A program made the translations under genes and the position numbers. Source: Geosiphon pyriformis uo1 (Eukaryota > Fungi > Glomeromycota). Taken from it: 64,000 nt of DNA. Position 1 is the stretch's first letter, and every line of letters starts with the position of its first letter. This document shows positions 23,101 to 36,729 of the stretch, in pieces. The DNA lies in NCBI GenBank assembly GCA_016748015.1, contig JAAOMT010000198.1:418797-482796 (forward strand), given 5' to 3'. Under the pieces are notes generated by a model. It was not told the origin of the DNA, made no database searches, and was given only the letters and a program-made list of their open reading frames with translations.

Positions 23101-26100
23101 AATACCTCTGAATAAACCTATGTAATACAACACACTATTACCACTAAAAAAACTCATTCCATCTATTTGAAGCTTTATCAATCTAATCAACACAATAATA
23201 AATTCATCAAGAAAAAGATAACCCAAATAAAAAACCTTGGATTTATACAAAAAACCAAGAGTAAATATGCTTTTTTAGTTGTAGTGGTATCCAAAAAAGT
23301 GGAACTCTAGGCTTTTGTGTCAACTACTGTCAATTAAATGCCATTACTATAAAAAACATGCACTTATTTTCCAAAATTGATGCAATGCTAGACAAATTCA
23401 ATGGTGTTGTTTTTTTTTCAACTATTAACTTAACTGTTGGATTTTGGCAAGTAGAAAGAAAACTGCTTTTATTATCAAGTATAACACCTATAAATTCACA
23501 GTCATGTCTTTTGGTCTTACTAATACTCCTCTTACTTTTCAATGCTTAATAAACAAAGTATTTGAATCAATAAAAAAAAACTTTGTTCTGGTCTATTTAG
23601 ATAATATAATAATATACTCAAAAATCTGGAATAAATATCTTGAATACTTGCAAAAAGTTTTTGACCTTCTTAGAAATGCTGGTCTTAAAATAAATCCAAT
23701 CAAATCTTTCTTTAAATGTTAATCCATCCAGTTTTTTGATCATCTTATTACAAAAAATAGAATTTTTTCTTAACCAGCTAAAGTTGAAAAAATCCAGAAT
23801 ATTAAACAACCAATAAATGTTCCTGAACTATGCTTTTTCCTTGGTTTGGCTTCTTATTACCACAAATTCATCAAGAATTTTTCAAAAATTGCCTTTTTTT
23901 TTAATCAGCTACTTAAGAAAAATATCAATTATCATTGGAGTATTCATTAACAAAAAGCTTTTAAAACTCTAAAGAAAAAACTTGTTACTAAACCAATTCT
24001 TAAGCAACCTAACTTGGACCAACCTTTTATTTTTTACACTAATACATCTAATTATGGACTTGGTACTGTCTTTTCACAAAAAAATAAAGATAACAGAAAA
24101 CATACTATAACATATGTTAATAGATCCTTCACACCAACAGAAAAAAACTATTCAATTATTAAACAAAAATACTTAACAGTAATTTGGGCTACTAATTACT
24201 GGGATTAATACTTTCTTGGTGTAAAATTCCTAATGATAACAGATTATTAAGCCTTGGTTTGACTGCACAATAAAAAAAAGCTGGAACACAAACAAATAAC
24301 TTACTGAATACTCTATTTAGATAAATTCGACTATGATATTTAATACTGCAAAGAAGCTAATTATCAAAATACTAATGCTTTTTCCAGACTTACCATCCAG
24401 TGATAGTACAACCTCTCAAACCAAACCAACCTAATTATTAATAACTCTTTTACAAACAAACATGATAATAGACTTAGATAACTACTCTGTCTTAATAGAA
24501 TTTTTGGGTAAAAAACAATAATCACCAGAATATACTTAATAACAAACAGAACATTTATGTAAAAAATCAAATTTCTATTTAATTTGCTAAAACCAGTTAT
24601 ATAAAAATAATAAAAAAGATTCTGACTGCTCTCAAAAAGTCATTAGATTTGAAGAAAAAAAAATTGTGATCTACAACATGCATACTAATCCATTAGCTGG
24701 ACATTTTGAAAAAACAAAAACAATTCAAAAAACTTTAGTTTACTATTATTGGCCTATCTTAGAAAAAGATATTGTTGAGTACATCAAAACCTATAACATT
24801 TGCCAAAAAAAAAGGCAAATCTAATTGCAAAAAAGATATTTATTTAATCTTTGTTGGTCAATCATTTAACAGAATTAACATAAATATTGTTGAACTTTTA
24901 ACAATAATTCCTAATAGTAATAGATCTATTATTACAACTACTAACTATCTTACAAAGTAGGTAGAAATAAGAGCCACTGCAGACCAAACAGCAGTCTCAA
25001 TAGCCAATTTTATTTATGAAAATATTATCTGCCATTATGGCTGCTCCAAAAAACTTTTATCTGATAGAAGAAGAGCTTTTTTTAGTACACTGGTTAAAAA
25101 ACTTTGCAAAAAGATAAGAATATGTTATAAACTTTTCTTTTTTTATCACTTTTAAACAAATAGTTTAGTAAAACGTTTTAATAGAATATTATGTAAAACT
25201 TTAACCAAAACCAATAAAAAAACAAACTTATGGGACAAAGTACTGCCTTTAACTTTGTTTGTTTATAGAATTGTGAATCAGAATATAACAAATTATGAAC
25301 TTTTTTATATGTTCTATAGATACATGGCAATACTACCAATAGAAACTAACATTAAAACAATATTTTTTAAAGAAATCACAATAGGAAATTATAAAGATAT
25401 TTTGCAAAGAAGACTTGATACCATTCTTGACTCTTTCGTAAAAGTATGAATAATTGTTTTTAAAAAGATAAAACAGTTCCAAGAAAAGCTTAAAAAGAAA
25501 AAAATCTATAAAACACTTTCCTTAAATATTAGCAACTTAGTTTTGGAATATTATTCAAACAGAGACAATGTCTATGACAATAAATTCTCTAACTGGTAAA
25601 AAAAATCTTTTTTAATTAACAAAGTTTTGAATAATGGTTTTTATATCTTACAAGATCAATATAAAACAATCTTTAATAATTGTCTTATTTATGGCATACA
25701 ACTTAAAAAATATTACAAACAACCTAATTGGTTGCCTGTTGTAGTAATACCAACCCAAATAATCAGCAAAAATCAAGTATAAATAAATGCACTATTTCCA
25801 AAACAGAGGTATTTTTAATTGACATGAACAATTATTTTTTGGATCAAAACATTTAAAATGCTTTCTATATCTTCTATGAGTATTGGATCAAAAACTATTC
25901 AAATACTACTCTGACTATTGGAAAACAAACTACTATAACTAATAACAATAGAACACATACTGTTATTAGACCCAAGAAAACCACTACCAAAAGAGAAAAA
26001 ATTAGTAGCAAAATAGATAAATATTTATTAGAAAGTATAACAGCAATTATACTCTCATCTTCCAGCACAATTGGAAAAACACTTCAAAAAATCTTGCTTA

Positions 26101-27135
26101 TAGACAAAAACTTGTCATATAGAAGGCAATTAAAACTTTATGCTCACCTTGATGAGATTATAGAAAATATAAAACTAATAAAAAAAACAACTTCAGAAAT
26201 ACAGACAGAAATTTTGGATATTATATAGTTAAATGTCCCAAAAGTTTTAACTATAGCTAAAAAAGCCAAAACTTTAATACAAAGATTTAGTCTCTTGGAT
26301 ACAAAACTTATTTTGTCTCAAATATTATATACTTTATTTACTAAAGACTTCAATAAACTAGTTAGCTTTGAGTTAGACAAAACTTTTTAATTAGATTATC
26401 TTATAAATAGCTTGATTTTGTCAGAGCTCAATCTTTTTGGAGAGGATAATATTATGGTTGAAACCTATACTTTTTATTAATTATTCCATATATTAGCCAC
26501 TGATATCATATAATTAGCCATCCTATTTTTAGATAGTAATCAATGACCTAACCATTAATCTGATCATTAATCTAGTCATTGATCTGATTGTTGACTACTT
26601 TTGATAGCTATATAAATAATAAATCTTTTAGCTGTAGAAAGACATAATTAAAGTAATAAAATAAAATCCACTATTAATTACTTCTTTTTATATTGCTTAT
26701 TCCTTTTTTTTTATCTTCAAGTATCTAAACATTTTGGAATAAAAGATTACTTGTTGGCATTTACATACCTTATCTTTTTTTTTTTTGATTTGTATTGTTA
26801 GAATTAGCTTGAGAAGCAATTGCTTGCTCTTGTAATTCATTGAATAAAGAAATGATTAAAAAGCACAATGATACCTGTTATTAATTCTAAGAATTACCAA
26901 GTAAAAACATAGAATAATAGCAGTGGTGTTATTTTGTTAACAATCATAGACTATTTCTCTATCTTTAAATTTTCAGAAAAGATTTGCAACTGGGATTTTT
27001 ATGAGACTAATTATGCATATTGAATTTATACATATTCAATTTACTCTCTTATTGTAATTTTTTTTGATTATTTTTATCATTCTACAATTCTGTTCTCTCT
27101 TGCTATCTATTAGCTTGTTACTCCAACTTGTAACA
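19649..27135 (+). mobile_element. Element D: near-complete A/C/D-family Gypsy (gag ~20190-21732, pol 21735-24403, IN from 24462, ORF3 from 25787, 3' LTR 26450-27135)
   Basis: Colinear with A and C; LILNSGSS, YLDN, EKNYS, integrase motifs; PPT GGAGAGGATAA; LTR ends TGTAACA. Confidence 0.92.
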
Positions 27136-27240
27136 CTACTAATTGTTTATTAAAAAAGAAAATAAAAGCCCAATCTGTACATATAAAGAAAAAATATATG
27201 GATCACAAGCTTGTTAAGATTATAGCTAATATAATTAAAC
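27136..27240 (+). mobile_element. Fragment of another LINE K-family ORF2 (target of the C/D insertion)
   Basis: Matches 12382-12485 (…gcccaatctg…atggatcacaagcttgttaagatt…). Confidence 0.8.
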
Positions 27241-28971
27241 AAACATGTATTCAAATCTAACTACAGAACATTTTTATAAAGAAACAATTATAGAAAAAAC
27301 CAAAAAAAAATACTATTGGCCATCAATATATCCAGATATTATTTAATATGTTTAAAATTGTAATGCTTTTTAAAAAAGAAAAAGAATAAGACCCAACAAA
27401 CCACTAAGACTAATCAAAGTAGAACAACTATTCAATCAAATTGAAATTGACTTGGTTGAATTATTAACAATAACTAGTAAAAGCAATTGATATATAATAG
27501 TAGTTATAAACTATCTCTTAAAATGGCCAAAAGTTAAAGCAATTCAAAGAGCAAATGCAGAATCCATAGTCAAATTTGTATATCAAGATTTAATTTGTTA
27601 ACATAGATGTTTAAAAAAATTGTTATCAGACCAAAAAACTCATTTTGTAAACAGAACATTAATAAAATTAAGTTAGAGATTTGGAATTAAAAGATTATTA
27701 TTATTATTATATTATTTATAAACCAATAACTTAGTTGAAAAATTCAATAGAACATTGTATAAAACAATAGCCAAAATCAGTTAAAAAAACCAAAATAAAT
27801 GGAATTTGTTTATATCATTAATATTATTTGCTTATTAAACAATAAAACAAGATATCACACAAACAACACTATTTAAACTAGTTTATTATAAAACAACAAT
27901 ATTATTAGTTAAAATAAAAATCAATAAATATTTAGCTAAACTAATAACAGAAACCAACTTTTAAAAAATATTGCTAAAAAAACATATAACTTAATAAAAA
28001 CTCTAAAAAACAAAAGACAAAAAGCAGCTGATAATATACAAAAGTCACAAAAAAAACAAAAAAAATAATATGACAACCAATTATTAGATAAACTAATCGA
28101 ATTCAAAATTGAAGACAAAATACTTTTATATTATACCAAAGTAAAAAAACAATAAAATAAAAAGTTTGACTCCAAATAGAATAGTTTATTTTATATTGAA
28201 AAAATTTTAAGAAATAGAACATATAAGTTAAAATGAGACAATAAAATCTTAGCTAAAACAGCACATAGTATTTAACTAAAATTATATTACAATATAGCAT
28301 TATCATTAACTAGTAATATTTTATAACTAAAAATACAATGAATACTAATCCAACCAAATAAAATTCTACAAGATTTAAAACCAATCATAATTATTAACAC
28401 AAACATGTTAAATTTATTTACCAGAACAGTATATAAAAACACAATATACATAACAAAAGAAACAATAAAAAAATAGAAATCCCAGATTATATTTATATAA
28501 TGGCAAAACAATTGTTCCAAGTTATAAATCAACAATAATTGAATATAGAAATCATTATTAATTATCAAACAATTTATTATAAAAACACAAAAAGAGAAAA
28601 AAATACAAAGATTATTCCATATTAGCAATCACAAAACCAAACAAAATACTAGTTAGATAAGATTATAGAAAAAATAAAAAACATTCTTGGAAAAATATCA
28701 ATAATTGTTCTAACAGAAGAACTAATTAAAAAAAACTGAAAGTTATAAATAGAATAATTTCCAATACTATACTGTTATTATTAGTTGGGACAAAAGCTGA
28801 ATATTCAAAAAATTATATATTAATAAATCTAAAAGAATATTTTTTTTTTATTAAGTTTAACAAATGAAGCCCAATTACTATTTAATACAATACAACTATC
28901 TAAAGTTCTAAATTAAACATGATTCACGCTCTTGCTACATGTAACTAGCCACTCGGCCAATCAAGACTACA

Positions 28972-31900
28972 CTATGCAACTATATTTACCGTAACTTCAC
29001 CAGCAGCACTAGCAAAAAACAAACGGCTACTACTTAAGCCAAAGCTGACTGCATAACCTCTACCTACTCCCAGTAAATGAGCAACACCACCTGAAATTCT
29101 AGTGGGGAGACTCCAGACAACGTTACATAAAGATCCATCTACACCCAACAATTCACACTGCTCCATTTCTGCTCGAAGTTTTGAATTGGGTATCCAAATC
29201 CGCTCCCTATGGCCAACAATCAGACTCCGAATAAACTCGACCAGACTTAACATTGCAAGCTTAGAATCCATAAAGAATGTCTTAGTCTCTGTTAGCCAAT
29301 CATTCAACACTAAACTCTTGCACAAAGCTGTATATAGATCACCATCGAAAACAGAAAAAGCCAGAGACTACAGAACCGCAGACGATAATAAAGTAGCCCC
29401 AGTAAGAGATCTCCAAAGAGAGGAGTGCTCACACAAGATGCCCTGACGTGTCAAAAAATCCAAGCGACAAGTAAAACTATGATCAGAAAATTCCACCTTC
29501 CCGCAACATATACATGATACACTAGAATAATTTCGATTATACAAATGCTTCCTAACAGCCACTGGCAGCCTTCTGTGTAAAGCCTTCATCAAATATGTGT
29601 GCAAACTAACAGTGGTTCTGCTTGTATATCCAGCTGACATGTGAGAATCATGATGCCAGACTGATGCAGTACAAGACCAATTTATGTTCCCAATCCGTGA
29701 AAAATCCACAACGCTCAAACCAGGTCCAAATTCCTATTGAAAATGCCTAACAGTATCATTTGCTATTCTAATAAAGCAGTGTGGCTTGCTGGAAATCATC
29801 CTACCATCTGCTAATAAGAAATTCTCTTTGATGTTTGCTGGGAGAAAAAGTCCCGATGATGTGGCTGTATTAGCCAAACAATCAGCATGCTCATTATCTA
29901 ACACACCAGAGTAACTTTTTACCTTTGCCCAAATGACAGAAATGTTTTTACGTTTGACCAAATTGGCGATATGACGGTGCTCAACCCAGCATCTGTTGTG
30001 AAAATCTGGAGCCACCAAACTTGATTCAGCCTGACAAGCATCCAAGAAGACCTGGCTGTCAGAGAGAACTATAACATCCAAAAAAGCCAGAATGCACTCA
30101 AGCGCTAATGCAATAGCCTGCATCTCCACTAGGGTAGATAACAACAGACTGTGAACCTCCACATCTACATGCAAACCCAGATCAGAAAAATATGTAGCAG
30201 CCCCTCTGACAGCATTAGAAGTACCAAAGTTTTTAACAGAACCATCAGTATAAACTGAAATCATCGGCAAAGAAGCATCTTTTAGACTAGAATGGACAAA
30301 ACTGAAGTGGTCTGTATCCAAAATGTCCAATTTAAAAGGAGACTCAACAGTGGGAGATGCACCCTTAACCAAACCACCATCCTTGACAAAACCCGAAACC
30401 AGTGTAAACCACAAGGGAACTGGGCCTCTGGGATCCAAATGCTTTCAACGGCGAAAATTCTTCCAATCAAAACATTTCCCATAACTGTTTAGCAATTGGT
30501 CCGCAAACATGATCCCAAAACGCTTCAGCAATCTGCAAACCTGGAGATACATTGTCTGGCCCAAAATATCCAGAACAGGAAAACCTCTCTTAAGACAAAA
30601 AGCATTGGGTAAACTATTAGCTAGGGAAACTTCATTACATAGAAAAATTTTTGTGACACCAGCCAAAAAATTGTTTATCAGGTTGACCATTAACTTTACA
30701 GAAGATCGAAGAGGGTTTCGAGGAACCCAGCCTAAAACCTGCAAGTCCATTGACCTATGTCTGAACAGTTGGCCCAATACTCCACCGTCATTAGCAAACT
30801 GTAACATTGATAAGACTTTTGCTTCTGCTTGAACTTGCTCAAAGGGCTTCAAATTGTACAAGAAAGGATGATGTACTGCCTTGTTAGGAAAGTCTCTAAG
30901 CAGACTGGCCTTAAACCTCAACCCCTTTCTAATTACATGGTTCTATTTCTCGCATGTGCTCCTACTGACAAAGCTGAATTGAGTCCTATATTCTACTATG
31001 GGCTGTAAAACAGCTGATACCAAATAAGAGAACTGCTTGTCTGTGATAGCTTTGCGCAAAACCATGGACGAGAAAAACTTGACATCTGAATTTGCCTTCT
31101 TTAGACTTGAACCAGAAAGACTCTTGGTCAACAGAAAGATACCTAAATACCAATAAGCTTTACCAGCCTTTGCAATTGAAATTGGAGACCCGCTTACTTC
31201 CAAGAAGATGTTGCTAGATCTTGGATTAATAAAAATGGCAATTGTCTTCTCAGTATTAATTGATATATCCATTAACCCAAAAAATTTACTAGCAATGTTT
31301 AAAATATTCTGCATTACTGTAAAACAATTGCCAACCCAAATGGTATCATCTATGAAAGCACCAGCAAACAAATAGGAAGTCAAATCAGTGTTTGATTCAA
31401 TTCTGCCCGTCCTGGCTACAAATTTGGAATCAACTCGATATCCAAAAACTAACTCATGTTTTTTCACTTTGCACAAAAGAAGAGAAAAAACTTCACCCTG
31501 GTTCAGACCGTCATGTACTTTATAGCTCTTAGACAGACCAAAGTCCGTCATAACTCTGTTTGTGCAGCCATTGTGAATACTACCAAAAAACCTGATGAAT
31601 TTTTCACACATCTTAATTCTCTTCAGACTACTTTTCAAATGTGACCAATCCACTGAGTCATAAGCTTTGCGCATGTCCTGAAGTACTAACCAAAGTTTCC
31701 TACCTTTTTCCAAAGTGTTTTCTATAACAGATCTAACAACAAAGATAGGGGACTGAGTAGAAGTGCCTTTCAGCACTAAAAAATTGTCTCCATGCAGAAT
31801 GTTGTGTGTGCTGCAAACTTTCAAAATGCGATCAGATAGAATTTTTGAAAGAATCTTCCTAGAGGTCTCAATGAGAACAATTGGCCTGGTGTTCATCAGA

Positions 31901-33628
31901 ACTCCATCCCACTCATAAGGTTTCAGAATCATGGATATCCAGGCCTCTCTCCAGGCATTCGGAACAAATTCATATACCAAGCATAAGTTGAGCAGGTGCA
32001 AAAAAAGGACCAAAACAGACTCATCACAGTGTTTCCACATCTCATTAGAGATACCAGACAAACCAGCAGCTTTGCCATCCGGAAGATTTTTTACCACCAA
32101 CAAAAATTCACCAAAATCAATTTGCTTCATCATGTCAGAAAACACACCATCATCAACATAATTAAGAGGAGAAAATTGTTCTTGCCATCAAGAAGACATT
32201 GAAAGTTTAACTGCATGTTTTCTGGTCCAATTCTCCATAATCAAATCTACTCTGCCTTTGACCAAATAAGGCTCCAATATCAAATCTCCATTATCAATCA
32301 GATGGTCCAGCATAACTTTTCTGAAAGGCTTCTCTAACACACTCTTGATCATTTGATCTTTGTTGTCTACAAAAGCTTCCATATGCTTTTCAATAACTGC
32401 CCGGATTTGTGAGTCCTCGAAAGCTTTAAATTCCAAAAACTTGCGAGACCTATACAATTTTCTAAAACTTGCTAGTGATTGTTCAACCAATACTCTGTTA
32501 TGACCATTGCCCAAGGAACTCTTAAATATTACAGTCTGGTCAAAGTCCAAATCGACCCACTTATCAACCAAAAACTGAAATCTAATCATATTGCCTGTTT
32601 TGTAAACATCCAAAATTTTTGCAACCAAAATTTTCAACCTGTGAAACCTAGAAGATGTAGCTGTCTTGACCGACCCAACATCTCTAGACCATGTTTTCAT
32701 GAGAGTGGCCTCTGCTGCAGAGCACACTATTAGACAAAGAAGTGTCTACATTCCGTTGATATTACCACTAGAGCCGTGGAGTTCAAAATCACCAGCAGCC
32801 TTTGAAGCAGCAGCCAATGATGCATCCCCAAACTTTTTCCAGATCTTGCCACTGACATCACTAACTCTGTATTTCCATTTTTCTTTTGCGGCCTGCCTGC
32901 ATATCGAATTAAGCTAAGAACTGAGAAAGCCCTTTAAACCAATGTTCACTAACACAGCCAAGTGGTCAGAATCAAAAAATTCAGCCAAACATGACACACC
33001 CTGGTTAAAAAAAGAACTGTAAAGACCATCACTAACTAATATAAAGTCTATGCACTTATGAACACCCCTTGAATTGGACCACATGGGAAACCTGTGCAAA
33101 AAAGAACTATATAAAAAATCAAACAAACCCAAATCCAGACATTTCTTGAAGCTTGCACTGCAGCCAGAATCATTTTTATTAAAGTCGCCACCAAAAACAA
33201 CAAAAGTACTGCCATTTAAAGCCTCAGCCACCATTAAATTGACAACATAAGAGTGAGCCAGTCTTTTTTCCAAGGTGGCACCTGCATATAAGCCCAAAAC
33301 TGTCACTGAAAGTTTATTTTTGAAAAGCAATTTCACAGAGATGAGCTGGCCGGACACCTCAGAAATCTTGCACACATGCTTTGCCAGAGACATATCTATA
33401 ATTATGGCAACTTCTGCATCCAAATAACCAGACTCCAAACCAGAGGTAAACACCCGAATACCATCAAATTTGTTTATAATTCAAGAACAGACCTTTTCTT
33501 TCAACTTTGTTTCAATAACCACAGAAATCATGTTACCTGCATTTTTGTGCCATCTAACAATATCTTCCTGCTTGGCAGGATTGTTCATGCCCCTCATATT
33601 GAGCCACTTTCCAAACCAAGTCAATCAT
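28972..33628 (-). pseudogene. ORF2 of LINE L (APE endonuclease, RT, RNase H, CCHC)
   Basis: GGDFN, CIDFIL, SDHLAV; DMRKAYDSVDW, FIDDT; YTDGS..EMQAI..SDSQ..NEHADCLA; CICCGKVEFSDHSFTC. Confidence 0.92.
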
Positions 33629-35544
33629 TGGGAAGAAGAAGATGTCTGAAAACCCAAACCAGTGCACAACTGATCTAACTTCCTCAGAATTGCACCAACA
33701 AAAGCATCAAGAGCCACCAACTTGGATTCCAGAGAATCCACCTTAGAGGTCAAAACTTTTGAACTACTTGACCCCAAATTCGAACCAATGAGAGGAAGCA
33801 AAAGTGCCACCACAGGATCATGTAAGGTATCATCCAAAATCATATCAAAACTGGTAGTCACTGAAACATCCAAAATACCCAAAGAAGAAAGAGGGGGGGC
33901 AAAAGGCACCAGATTTATACTGCCGAGTCTGTACACAATACCAGAGATCTGATCATGTAGAAGCTCCAAGGAATGTTCCAAGGACGCCAAATGGGCATTC
34001 AAAGAGGAGTTGTCATTCTTCAACAAAGAAGGACCACCACCCAAATTAGAGACGCCAAGAGAGAAGGCACCAGAACCAAAACCAGAACCAGAAAAGGAAC
34101 CACCAGAAAAGGATGCAAGAGACACCACTTGGGCTCATGACTTGCCACCAAAAGCAGCAGGACGAGAGATAGGAACATTCTTTTTTGCGTACAGCCTGGC
34201 CAGCTGGAGATGATTGGCATTGGAGGCAGGTTTTCTAGATGAAGATGGGAACTCGGGAGATGACACATTTGAAGCGTCACATTCAAGAGCCAAATGACCA
34301 AGACACCCACACTTTCCGCAACGAACCAAATCAAATCTGGCCCATGAAAGCCAAACACCACCAAGAATAGGCTCAGTAAGAAAGACCAAATTCAAATCAT
34401 CAGTGGACTCAAAACACACCACGATACAACAAAACCTATTGCCAGTTTCCAATGAGCAATTAATAACACAAGTTTTCCCACCAACTTTATTTAAAAGAGT
34501 ACCAAAATTATGTGCAGTTGTCCCCATCAGCAAAGTAAACAGAAGCACTCTATAGCAATCCCTTGATGCCCAGACATTATGATCTCCCACAGCTCTAGCA
34601 ACATGCACTGAGTCTTTCCCGATTAGGAATAACCACTTTGAGGCTAACTAATCAGCTTGACTAGATTTGGCAAACTCCACCACAGCCTTTTGCCACATTC
34701 CGATCAACTGAATTCTGATTGACTTAATTTCTCCAAATTCAGATACTGTGGCGATGATCATATCCTTTGGCGTATCCATGGGAATTTTTTTTAACACCAC
34801 AGCCCAATCTGAATGCATTCCTTGTTTTTTGAAATTGGTGTTTACGACAATTTCTTTTTCTCTGGCCAATGATACAGCCACTTCCATGCTCTCTTCTGAA
34901 GTAAATGTTGATCGGATAATCCCTTCAAACTTTGAGAGAGTAGTGGCTTTCCCAAAACCATTGACCAAAGAAAAAATTTTCCTGATTACTTGAGTTTTTG
35001 CTGTTGCTGATTTGCCCTCCACTGCCAAAAGATTAATATCCAAAGCAAATGATTTCTTGACTGATACTTCTACAGGAACCTTGACAATCTTTGGGTCCAC
35101 TCATTTTCTATCCAGAGAGATAGGTACACAAGGAAGGAGAACAACTTCAACATCATTCATTGCAAAGTTGGGAGATTTAAGTGGGGATCCAAATACAGCA
35201 CCAGTATTGACACATTTTGCTTTAGGAGTATTAGCAGCTGAACCGAAAGGGGATTCACCATAGAAACCAGACATACTGGCATCATCATCATCACCAGAAA
35301 GACTGTTCACATCAGAAAACACATTGCCACCAGAACCAGACTTGTTCAAAAAGATATTTTTTTCATCACCTGAGTGTTTGACATTCCCAATCACAACTTT
35401 TTTCTTTTGCGAGAATGAACCACCAGCAAGACCATGGAGAGCACCTCTAGGAGCCTTCTTTTTAGACATACTGCCACCAGAAACAGCCTCCAAATCCACA
35501 ACGAAGGGGTTATTAGGTAAAGAAATGATGAAATGAACTAACAA
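33625..35544 (-). pseudogene. ORF1 of LINE L (RRM-like region + CCHC knuckle)
   Basis: VVLKKIPMDT..EFGEIKSIRIQ..AVVEF RRM-like segment; CGKCGCLGHLALEC knuckle; C-terminal coiled-coil-like segment. Confidence 0.8.
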
Positions 35545-36729
35545 AAGAGATTAAAAACTTCTTTTTCAAAAAATGCACTTTTTGAGAATTTTTGGAGGTA
35601 AGAGAGAAAGAAGTTTTTGAATATTTAATCAAGAAATAATACAACAGATTAAAGACTTTATTAGAAAAAAACAAATTTTATATTATATATTAAAACAATA
35701 TACTAACTATACACTATATTTCAAGATTATACAAAAATACTACTATATACAAAATAGAAACAATAATTATTAACTAGTAGAAAAAAATGACTAATTTTTA
35801 ATATAAAGACATAAAAACCAAAATTAAACAAACAGTATTAGAAAAAAAAGTAATAAACTTAATTTAAAATAAGAATTTTAATAAAGCTCAATATTAAAGA
35901 AGAAAATAATATTACTTATAGAAAAAGAATACAAGAAAAAGATAAAAAAAACAGATTATAAAATAAACCAATAAAAAAATAATAATTAATGAATAAGCAT
36001 ATTTTTAAAAATAAGCACATTTTTAAAAAGTAGCATAAAAAAAGAATAAAAATATGTAGAATCTTATATAACATAAATTATGTATATATAACAAGAGTAT
36101 TAGAAGCAAAAAAAAGAAAATAAGAGCTAAAAACAAATAATTATTAAATATTTCTTTCTTTAAAAAATAGTTTTCTATAATTTAAAGTAAAATTATATTT
36201 ATATCAATAAAAATATTTATTACTATCCAATTCATGTTGTTATTGCTTGATTAAAAAATATTAATCACTTTTATATTATCAATAATTTATGTTGATAAAA
36301 TTTGATACTTAACTACACTAAATCAATAGCTCTTAATTATAGGTATTTATGAAATACTAATTTCTTATTTCTTTTCTTATTTTCTTTTATTTATTTTTAT
36401 TTTATTTCTTTGTTGTTTACTAATTAATTAAAAAATTAAGTACTAAAATATTGATGTTAAGAATAGTCTGATAAAAAACTTATAAAACAAAAGTAAAAAC
36501 TTAAAAATAACTTATCAAAAGAATATAACTGCCAAATTAAATTGGCTATTATACTGAAGAAAAAAATTCATAAAAGAAACTATTAATTGAATTTTTGTTC
36601 ATTATATAAAAAACTTAACCAAAACTTTCAGATTACAAAATTTTCAGAAATTATTATTATCAATAGCTATTGAATACTAAATTATAAGTTTGTTATTTAT
36701 TTTAACATTCTAAATAATTACTTATAACA

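Larger units (their letters stand above)
28843..35618 (-). mobile_element. LINE L: full-length non-LTR retrotransposon with RNase H
   Basis: Poly(A) (T-tract ~28840-28849); TSD GAATATTT at 28835-28842 and 35619-35626; ORF1 and ORF2 present; the least mutated element in the window. Confidence 0.93.
27241..36729 (+). mobile_element. Element E: heavily decayed Gypsy 3' part (integrase 27241-~28410, ORF3 split by LINE L, 3' LTR 35910-36729)
   Basis: Integrase is colinear with B/H; ORF3 rejoins across L (NKSKRIF|NQEIIQQIKDFIRKN); AAGCTCAAT+PPT precede the LTR; LTR ends ATAACA. Confidence 0.8.

Noticed and set aside
28921-28965. tRNA-like A-box TGGCCGAGTGG in the LINE L 3' UTR (minus strand)
   Set aside because: The putative B-box lacks GTTC, spacing is too short and no cloverleaf forms; likely chance.
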